This document shows positions 19,280 to 26,282 of a DNA stretch of 26,282 nucleotides, one piece after another. A model generated the notes under the pieces. The model saw only the letters and a list, made by a program, of their open reading frames with translations, ran no database searches and was not told where the DNA came from. The position numbers and the translations under genes are program-made. The number at the start of each line of letters is the position of its first letter. The first letter of the stretch is position 1. This stretch comes from Candidatus Ratteibacteria bacterium (GTDB taxonomy: Bacteria; Ratteibacteria; UBA8468; B48-G9; DTJG01). Location of the stretch: positions 1-26,282 of the forward strand of contig JBMFLH010000023.1 of NCBI GenBank assembly GCA_049971295.1. Reading direction: 5' to 3'.

Positions 19280-20323
19280 ATGTATGATTTTGTATTATTT
19301 TCGCCTGGCTCAAAATATAATAGAGAAAACAGGAAGTGGCAGGGAATTCCTGGAATTACAATCACTCCTGATGGGACTTTGTGGGCAACATGGTACAGTG
19401 GCGGAGATGGAGAAGGTCCTCAGAATTATGTGATTGTTGTCAATAGTAAAGATAAAGGCATCAGCTGGAGTGACCCAGTGATTGTGATTGACCCGTTTGG
19501 TGAAATACGCGCCTTTGACCCATGTTTGTGGACAGATCCCTATGGGAAAATCTGGTTATTCTGGGCGATGAGTGAAAACTGGTGGGATGGCAAGGCAGGT
19601 GTCTGGACAATAACTGGTGAAAAAGTCGGCACTGAAATTATATGGAGTAATCCGCGAAAAATTGCAGATGGGATTATGATGAACAAACCAGTAATTTTGA
19701 CAACCGGCGAATGGCTATTTCCTGTAGCAGTGTGGAATAGAGAACCTTTTTTATCAGAAATGAAGGATTTAAGATTCTCAAATGTTTATATCTCAAAAGA
19801 TAATGGAAAAACCATTAAATTGATTGGCAGTGCAGATGTTCCTGATAGGACATGTGATGAACATATGATAGTGGAATTGAAAAATGGTGTTTTGTGGATG
19901 CTTGTAAGAACATCTTATGGGATAGGCGAAAGTTATTCTTATGATAGAGGAAGAACATGGGCAAAGGGATGTCCTTCTAAAATTGCTGGTCCTGGTTCAA
20001 GGTTTCATATCAGAAGATTAAATTCTGGAAACTTGCTATTGATAAACCACTATGGCTTCAAGGATAAAATTCGTTCTCACCTGACTGCCATGCTTTCTGA
20101 AGATGAGGGAAAGACATGGTGCTATCAGCTTCTTCTTGATGAAAGAGAAAATGTTTCATATCCTGATGCGATTGAGACAGAAGATGGGAAAATTTTTATC
20201 ATATACGATTATGACCGTTATGGAAAGAAAGAAATTTTGATGGCAGTCATTACAGAACAGGATATCAAATCAGGAAAAATTGTCATGCCTGATTCAAAAT
20301 TAAAAGTACCTGTTGACAGATAA
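19280..20323 (+). CDS. BNR/Asp-box beta-propeller protein (sialidase-like)
   Basis: Four Asp boxes (SKDKGISW, SKDNGKTI, SYDRGRTW, SEDEGKTW), WQGIP at the FRIP position, VSYPD; no signal peptide. Confidence 0.8.
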   Translation: MYDFVLFSPGSKYNRENRKWQGIPGITITPDGTLWATWYSGGDGEGPQNYVIVVNSKDKGISWSDPVIVIDPFGEIRAFDPCLWTDPYGKIWLFWAMSENWWDGKAGVWTITGEKVGTEIIWSNPRKIADGIMMNKPVILTTGEWLFPVAVWNREPFLSEMKDLRFSNVYISKDNGKTIKLIGSADVPDRTCDEHMIVELKNGVLWMLVRTSYGIGESYSYDRGRTWAKGCPSKIAGPGSRFHIRRLNSGNLLLINHYGFKDKIRSHLTAMLSEDEGKTWCYQLLLDERENVSYPDAIETEDGKIFIIYDYDRYGKKEILMAVITEQDIKSGKIVMPDSKLKVPVDR

Positions 20324-20949
20324 TGGAACACATACTTTCTTTTCTCGCAAACATCATAGTAACAATCATTGAAAAAAGTGGCTATCTAGGAGTTTTTATA
20401 CTGATGACGCTGGAATCAGCACTGATTCCAATTCCCTCAGAAATTACAATGCCATTTGCAGGATACCTTGTTTCAATCAATAAAATGAATCTTCATATTC
20501 TTTCATTTGTTGGCGCACTGGCAAATCTTGTTGGTTCAATTGCTGCATATTTTCTTGGTTTCTGGCTTGAAGATCGTTTGATACGGCAATGGATAAAAAG
20601 GCGTGGAAAATTTCTCTTAATTTCAGAAGACGATTACGACAGAGCGGAAAGATGGTTTAGAAAATTTGGAGATCCTGTTGTTTTCTTTTCACGGTTAACA
20701 CCTGGTGTCAGGACATTTATCTCACTTCCTGCTGGTGTTGCAAAAACAAATTTCATCAATTTCTGCATATTGACCTTTATCGGTTCAATGATATGGGCGT
20801 ATTTTCTTTCCTATATTGGCTTTTTCTTTGGTAAAAACTGGTCACGCATTGAAATTTATTACAGGAAATACGAGTATCTGATTTTCTTTTTGTTTGTTTT
20901 ACTGATTTTCTGGTTTATCCTCAATAAAATGAAAAAGAAAAAATCCTGA
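20323..20949 (+). CDS. DedA family membrane protein
   Basis: LESALIPIPSE and FFSRLTPGVRTFISLPAG motifs; TAATG overlap with the upstream gene. Confidence 0.9.
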   Translation: MEHILSFLANIIVTIIEKSGYLGVFILMTLESALIPIPSEITMPFAGYLVSINKMNLHILSFVGALANLVGSIAAYFLGFWLEDRLIRQWIKRRGKFLLISEDDYDRAERWFRKFGDPVVFFSRLTPGVRTFISLPAGVAKTNFINFCILTFIGSMIWAYFLSYIGFFFGKNWSRIEIYYRKYEYLIFFLFVLLIFWFILNKMKKKKS

Positions 20950-21597
20950 TCATTCCCAGCCTTCTTTTCCTTTCAATGGCACAAACTGGCATCCTCCATG
21001 ATTTTCTCTTATCAATTTGCCTTTTTTCTTTATGCCGCGAATCAATTCCTGTGAATACAACGTTCCCACAGGAATAATAATTCTTCCACCTTCATCAAGT
21101 TGTTCAATCAAAGATTTTGGAATGTCAGGCGCGCCTGCTGTGACGATGATAATTTTATATGGAGCAAATTCCTTTAATCCTAATGTGCCATCTCCAACAA
21201 TAATATGCGCCTGATAGCCAAGTTTTGTAAGGGTTTTCTGCGCTCTTTCTGCCAGTTCTGGAATTCTTTCAATTGAGAAAACATTACAACCAAGTTCACA
21301 CAATATTGCTGTTTGATATCCTGAACCAGTGCCTATTTCAAGAACCCTGTCACCTTTTTCTGGCTCTGCAAGCTCTGTCATAATTGCAACCATGTATGGC
21401 TGACTTATCGTTTGATAATAATCAATAGGCAGGGGACAATCGTCATAGGCAGAGGACCTGAATTGTTCAAGAACGAATTCCTCGCGCGGGACTTTAAGAA
21501 AGGCAGAGAGCACCCGCTCATTTCTTATGCCTCTCGCACGGATTTGATGTTCCACCATTAATTTTCTTAATCTTTCATATTCTGAATTTTCTTCCAT
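20950..21597 (-). CDS. pcm: Protein-L-isoaspartate O-methyltransferase
   Basis: VPREEF, QTISQPYMVA, VLEIGTGSGYQTA, GDGTLG, FVPL. Confidence 0.95.
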   Translation of the reverse strand: MEENSEYERLRKLMVEHQIRARGIRNERVLSAFLKVPREEFVLEQFRSSAYDDCPLPIDYYQTISQPYMVAIMTELAEPEKGDRVLEIGTGSGYQTAILCELGCNVFSIERIPELAERAQKTLTKLGYQAHIIVGDGTLGLKEFAPYKIIIVTAGAPDIPKSLIEQLDEGGRIIIPVGTLYSQELIRGIKKKGKLIRENHGGCQFVPLKGKEGWE

Positions 21598-22270
21598 GGC
21601 ACACGCATATTTTCAAAAGCATCAAGAAAAAGTTTATTGTGTCTCTTAACGGTTTGATTTTACTCTTTTCACTCTGGTAAATTGTGCTGACAGGGATTGA
21701 ACTGACTTTTACTCCTTTCCAGCAAGTCCTTAGAAGTATCTCGGTTTCTGTTTCAAAGTGCTCTGTAATAATTGGCATATTTTCCAGAACCTTTTTTCTG
21801 ATTGCCCTGAACCCATTCTGGGTATCTGGTATCCATTGAAAGCAAAGAATTGAAATCAAAATTGACATGGAAAGATTCGTTAATTTTCTAATTGTAGGCA
21901 TACTGCTACCGAAGATTTTTCTTCTGCCGATAATAATTCCGGCCCTTTTATTTTTTTCAAGGACTTTAATGAAAAGACCCAAATCAGAAACAGGATGCTG
22001 ACCATCGCCATCCATCGTGATGATGGTATCGTATGGAAGTTGTTTGAAGTGTTGAAAGCCTGTTTTTAATGCTGCGCCTTTGCCTTTGCATACAGGATGC
22101 CTGATTACAAAAGCACCATGTTGTTTTGCAATATTTCCAGTATCATCGCTTGAACCATCGTCAACGACACAGACATAATCAATGACCTTCAGGACTTCAT
22201 CAACCAGTTTGCCAATGTTTCTGGCTTCATTGTGCGCTGGAATCAGCACTGCGATCCTTTCTTTGTTCAT
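21575..22270 (-). CDS. GT2 glycosyltransferase, DPM1/Ppm1-like (polyprenol-phosphate sugar synthase-like)
   Basis: IPAHNE, VVDDGSSDDT, GKGAAL, MDGDGQH, DTQNGFR, FETETE. Confidence 0.85.
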   Translation of the reverse strand: MNKERIAVLIPAHNEARNIGKLVDEVLKVIDYVCVVDDGSSDDTGNIAKQHGAFVIRHPVCKGKGAALKTGFQHFKQLPYDTIITMDGDGQHPVSDLGLFIKVLEKNKRAGIIIGRRKIFGSSMPTIRKLTNLSMSILISILCFQWIPDTQNGFRAIRKKVLENMPIITEHFETETEILLRTCWKGVKVSSIPVSTIYQSEKSKIKPLRDTINFFLMLLKICVCHGRKFRI

Positions 22271-22279
22271 CCTGAGTCC

Positions 22280-24319
22280 CTAATCAATGATTTTACTCTG
22301 GATACAATGTTCCAGATACTCTTTAATTTTTGCATATTTATCTTGCAGATACAATCTGTTACTTAAAATTCTTTCTGCTTCTTTTCTGGATTCATTGAGA
22401 ATTTCAATGTCAGTCACGATGTTACCTATTTTCAAGGGCAATACTCCGTGCTGACGAACTCCAAGCAGGTCTCCGGGGCCTCTCAAAGAGAGATCTATTT
22501 CAGCCAGTTTCAGTCCGTTTTCAATTTCAAGAAATGATTCAAGCCTGCCAATAGATTCCGGGTCATCAGTATGGTGAATCAAAATACAATATCCTATTTC
22601 GCCACTTCGGCCTACCCTGCCCCGCATTTGATGTAATTGAGATAATCCAAACTTTTCTGCCTGATCAATAATGATGAAATTTGCGTCAGGAACATCAATG
22701 CCGACTTCAATAACGGTCGTAGAAACAATGATACGAATCTTTTTTTCTTTGAAATGTTCAATAATTGAGGACTTTTCGTGACCTGGCAATCTTCCGTGAA
22801 GTAATGCGACATACCTCGGTTCAACGATCTGACAAATTTTATTAAAATGGTAGGTAACTGAAGATTCTTCTATGGCTGTAATAGTGGGTGCGACAAAATA
22901 TCCCTGTTTTCCATCGTACACCTGTTTTTTTATAAATTCATACACCTTTTCAGTTTCTTCGTTCTTAAAAAGATAACTGACAATTTTTCTGCTTCCTTTT
23001 GGCAACTGTCCAATTGTTGACATATCCACATTACCGTAAAAAGCAAGAGCTACGCTTCTTGGAATTGGTGTTGCGCTCATTGCGAGATAGTGAATTCTGC
23101 TTCCCTTTTTCTGTAGCAGGTTCCTCTGTTCAACTCCAAATTTGTGTTGCTCATCAACGACAATTGCCTTCAATTCTGGATATACGATTTTTTCGTTCAA
23201 AAGTGCGTGAGTTCCGAATACCACCCGGATTTGTTTTTTTTCTATTTTTTCTCGTATTTCTTTTTTCATCTTTTCAGGAAGACTTCCTGTTAAGAGGCCG
23301 CTTTCAATTCCACACGAAAGAAAAAATGGATTCCAGTTCAGATAGTGTTGCTCTGCCAGAATTTCTGTAGGAGCAAGAAAGACACCCTGACCGCCGTTTT
23401 TTGAAAAAAGCCAGAGAAAAAATATCGCAACCACTGTTTTCCCTGAGCCCACTTCTCCCTGTAAAAGGCGGTTGATAATTTTACCCTTATTGAGGTCGTC
23501 TAATATCTCTTCCATTGCCTTTGCCTGGTCTTTTGTAATTTGAAACGGAAGCATTTTTTCAAAGTTATGAACTAATGAACTTATGAATTTATAACCATTG
23601 ATCATTTGGGGGTGTCCGGTGGCTATGATTTTTTTATAAATCAGCCCAATCTGTAATCTGAAAAACTCATCAAAAATTAGATGACGTCGAGCTCTTTCAA
23701 GATTTATCTGATTTTCTGGAAAATGGATGTTTACAAGCGCGTGCTTCATGCTTGATAGTTTCAGTCGGATTCTATCTTCCAGCGGAAGAATATCCTGCGG
23801 GAATTGTTGTATATTTTTGAAAATGTATCGTATGCATTTTCTCAAAAAGTTCTGTGTTAAGCCGGAGACAATTGAATACACAGGAAGAATATAGTCAGGT
23901 CTTTTTTTTGTTTCAAGAATTTCAAACAGTGGATTGCTGATTTGGAGATTTTCTTTATAAATATCGATTTTCCCATAAACAAATACCTTTGTCCCTGGTT
24001 TCAGGGTGTCTAAAATATAATTTTGGTTAAAGAAAATTAGAAAAATGACGCCTGTCCCATCGGATATTGCAATCTTTATGAGAGAAAGTTTTCTGATTCT
24101 TTTTTCTTCTGCGGCAATGACATCCCCTTTTACTGAAACAATTTCGCCAGGAATTACTTCGCTGATCTTTTTAATCTGTCTTCTATCAAGATATTTGCGG
24201 GGAAAATGGAACAAAAGGTCTTTTACTGTCATGATGCCCATTTTGTGAAAACATTCTGTTTTCTGAGGACCTACTCCTGGAATCATTTTAATGGAAGTTT
24301 CAGGTGTCAGCATATTCAC
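22280..24319 (-). CDS. recG: ATP-dependent DNA helicase RecG
   Basis: Wedge domain (DLLFHFPRKYLDR), RLLQGEVGSGKT, APTEILAEQH, DEQHKFG, MSATPIPR, LHQMRGRVGR, DLSLRGPG. Start is GTG 24319 or ATG 24313. Confidence 0.96.
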   Translation of the reverse strand: MNMLTPETSIKMIPGVGPQKTECFHKMGIMTVKDLLFHFPRKYLDRRQIKKISEVIPGEIVSVKGDVIAAEEKRIRKLSLIKIAISDGTGVIFLIFFNQNYILDTLKPGTKVFVYGKIDIYKENLQISNPLFEILETKKRPDYILPVYSIVSGLTQNFLRKCIRYIFKNIQQFPQDILPLEDRIRLKLSSMKHALVNIHFPENQINLERARRHLIFDEFFRLQIGLIYKKIIATGHPQMINGYKFISSLVHNFEKMLPFQITKDQAKAMEEILDDLNKGKIINRLLQGEVGSGKTVVAIFFLWLFSKNGGQGVFLAPTEILAEQHYLNWNPFFLSCGIESGLLTGSLPEKMKKEIREKIEKKQIRVVFGTHALLNEKIVYPELKAIVVDEQHKFGVEQRNLLQKKGSRIHYLAMSATPIPRSVALAFYGNVDMSTIGQLPKGSRKIVSYLFKNEETEKVYEFIKKQVYDGKQGYFVAPTITAIEESSVTYHFNKICQIVEPRYVALLHGRLPGHEKSSIIEHFKEKKIRIIVSTTVIEVGIDVPDANFIIIDQAEKFGLSQLHQMRGRVGRSGEIGYCILIHHTDDPESIGRLESFLEIENGLKLAEIDLSLRGPGDLLGVRQHGVLPLKIGNIVTDIEILNESRKEAERILSNRLYLQDKYAKIKEYLEHCIQSKIID

Positions 24320-24855
24320 CGAAGTGGCAATTCCATCTGTTCCTGCGAGATAGAGATAAGTTTATAAAATTTCAGTACCCTTAACAGGTCGCAGATCGGC
24401 GAAGAATAAACCTTTCTCGGCTCAATTTTATTGATGACTCCTGTAAGAATTACCGGAATGGTAATCAGATGATGGATTCCTGTGCTCTGGAGTTTTTCCA
24501 GCACTTTCTGTTTTAAATCAATATGAGCCGGCAATTGGGGGATGACCAGAATTTTTTTGAAATTTTCTCCCCTGAACCATTCCAGAAGTTTCTTCTCCTG
24601 ATTTTCTTTAGCGAACTCGAGAATTTCAGGAAATGTTTCGAGAACCCTTGTTGTGATTTTGCATGTGTGCCATGCAATTGGTTTAACGATTGCAGTATAG
24701 ATGTGTTCAGCAGTTGTTTCACCAAGTATAAAGCCTGTGTCTGAATGATCTTCAGCTTTTGTTTTTTTAATTAGGACAAGATTTCCATCTCTTGCGGTAA
24801 AATATTTCCTTTGTTGAAAAAATTCTTCCACCAGTTCCAGAATTACTTCACTCAT
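24316..24855 (-). CDS. Hypothetical protein coupled to recG, with C-terminal beta-clamp-binding-like motif QMELPL
   Basis: Soluble 179-aa ORF in an operon with pilD and recG; its stop overlaps the recG GTG (GTGA). Confidence 0.7.
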   Translation of the reverse strand: MSEVILELVEEFFQQRKYFTARDGNLVLIKKTKAEDHSDTGFILGETTAEHIYTAIVKPIAWHTCKITTRVLETFPEILEFAKENQEKKLLEWFRGENFKKILVIPQLPAHIDLKQKVLEKLQSTGIHHLITIPVILTGVINKIEPRKVYSSPICDLLRVLKFYKLISISQEQMELPLR

Positions 24856-24857
24856 GG

Positions 24858-25661
24858 TCAGGGAATAAAGTAAAGCGAAAGAAAATAACTGCCCTTATAT
24901 ACCATAGCAATAATGGCACCTATTGCCAGATAAGGGCCAAATGGAACATAATCGTCCCATTTTTTCTTTTTTGAGTATATCAGTGCGACACTTATCACAG
25001 TGCCAAGGATTGAACCAAAGAAAATGGATAAAAATACTCCCTTCCAACCAAGAAATGCTCCGATTGCTGCAAGGAGTTTAAGGTCCCCACCTCCCATGGC
25101 TTCTTTTTTCCATATGATTTTGCCGATGATCGCAAGAAATGCTACAAGCAGTGCTCCTGTTATTATCCCGGTAATGCTATAGAATGCCCTTATTGCCATA
25201 GACCAATTTCCGCTTTGAGGAAAAAAGAAATTCTCACACAACAAAGCACCTATCAATCCCAAAGGTATGAGAGGAAGAACAATAACATCCGGCACAAGAA
25301 AGGTTTCAAAGTCAATGCCACTTATGATGACAAGTCCGAGTGTAAAAATGAAGTAAAACAAAAAAACGCATGGAAAATTTGCCATCCAGAATTTTTGGTA
25401 AAGCAAAAGAGTTAAAAGTCCCATAGCAAGTTCAACGATAGGATATCTTTGGGAAATGGATTTTTTACAATAGTGACATTTACCTTGCAGGATAATATAA
25501 CTCAGAATGGGGATATTATAGTACCACGGTATTGAATGACGGCACTTAGGACAGAAAGAACTAGGGAAAAGGATTGATTTATTTCTTGGTAATCTGTAAA
25601 TGCAAACATTTGCAAAACTTCCAAAGCATGCGCCAATCAAAAAAACAAGAAGTTCTTTCAT
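24858..25661 (-). CDS. pilD: Prepilin peptidase/N-methyltransferase
   Basis: GSFANVCIYRLP, CPKC...CHYC zinc site, ID...PD and MGGGDLKL aspartyl motifs, VPFGPYL. Confidence 0.95.
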   Translation of the reverse strand: MKELLVFLIGACFGSFANVCIYRLPRNKSILFPSSFCPKCRHSIPWYYNIPILSYIILQGKCHYCKKSISQRYPIVELAMGLLTLLLYQKFWMANFPCVFLFYFIFTLGLVIISGIDFETFLVPDVIVLPLIPLGLIGALLCENFFFPQSGNWSMAIRAFYSITGIITGALLVAFLAIIGKIIWKKEAMGGGDLKLLAAIGAFLGWKGVFLSIFFGSILGTVISVALIYSKKKKWDDYVPFGPYLAIGAIIAMVYKGSYFLSLYFIP

Positions 25662-26282
25662 GGCATTAAAAGTTTTTGACCAATCGTAACGTTATCAGTT
25701 TTCATTTTGTTTGCTTCTTTTATTTTCTGTGTCGTCGTATTATATTTTTTTGCGATAGAGGAAAGTGTATCGCCCTTTTTGACAGTATAATAGGTTTTCT
25801 CGCCGGACTCTTTGACCTGGGAGGAACCTGCATTTTTTCTGGATTCCACTATTTTCAACATTTGTTTAAGAGCAAAAATTTCACTTTCCTGTCTTGTGAT
25901 TTCGCTAACAAGGACCTGTTGCATTTCCTCTATTTGCTGGTAAATCTCTTTCTTCGTATTTTCAAATTCTTCTTTTTGAATATAATTTTTTGTGTTTAAG
26001 GCGTCCATTGCTGTGGCAATCTGTTGCATTGAGGTTTTTATACCCAGAAGGTCTTTCTGATAATTGACCATTGAATCTGTCAGAGAAACAGAAGTCTTTA
26101 TCAGATCGTTTTGAAATTTCATCAATGTTTCAATGTCCTGAGCGAATTGATTATTTTTTTCTTCCTGATTTTTTCTGAAGAGTTCAAATTCTTTTCTCTG
26201 GTTTTGCATAGAGTCATCAAATGCAATTTTTAAATCATTAACCTGGGTTTTGAAATCTTCTGCCAGTTTGAGCAAGGATGCC
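25658..26282 (-). CDS. Coiled-coil protein with C-terminal LysM domain (5'-truncated by the window edge)
   Basis: YTVKKGDTLSSIAKKY...IKEANKM...IGQKL LysM motif. The frame stays open to the window end, so TTG 26275 is probably not the start; stop overlaps the pilD ATG. Confidence 0.85.
   Translation of the reverse strand, partial: ASLLKLAEDFKTQVNDLKIAFDDSMQNQRKEFELFRKNQEEKNNQFAQDIETLMKFQNDLIKTSVSLTDSMVNYQKDLLGIKTSMQQIATAMDALNTKNYIQKEEFENTKKEIYQQIEEMQQVLVSEITRQESEIFALKQMLKIVESRKNAGSSQVKESGEKTYYTVKKGDTLSSIAKKYNTTTQKIKEANKMKTDNVTIGQKLLMP

Noticed and set aside
25658..26282. LysM protein as a TsaP-like secretin anchor
   Set aside because: TsaP has an N-terminal LysM; here LysM is C-terminal after a coiled coil and the gene is truncated, so only adjacency to pilD supports a pilus role.

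Overview
AT-rich bacterial chromosomal window with a diderm envelope (a secretin is present). Left part: the first ~16 codons of an IS110-family transposase run off the left edge, followed by leuS, a small monocistronic MamI-like membrane protein gene, and ligA, an MBL-fold hydrolase and xerD on the minus strand. Centre: a near-complete type IVa pilus locus (pilB, pilC, two tandem major pilins, pilMNO, a PilP/GspC-like SPOR fusion, a secretin and three minor pilins). It is interrupted by a TMTC-like GT-C glycosyltransferase-TPR gene transcribed divergently from the pilins, and followed by a BNR/sialidase-fold protein and a DedA protein. Right part: a convergent minus-strand operon (LysM protein [partial], pilD, a hypothetical protein with a C-terminal clamp-binding-like motif, recG, a DPM/Ppm1-like GT2, pcm). 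Best leads: (i) a putative TMTC-type pilin O-glycosylation system (GT-C + GT2 + DedA + Ser/Thr-rich pilins), (ii) an orphan MamI-like gene, (iii) apparent gene-conversion tracts between the two pilins, (iv) an IS110 insertion that appears to split a host gene after codon 3. All calls come from motif recognition by eye; no database searches were run.
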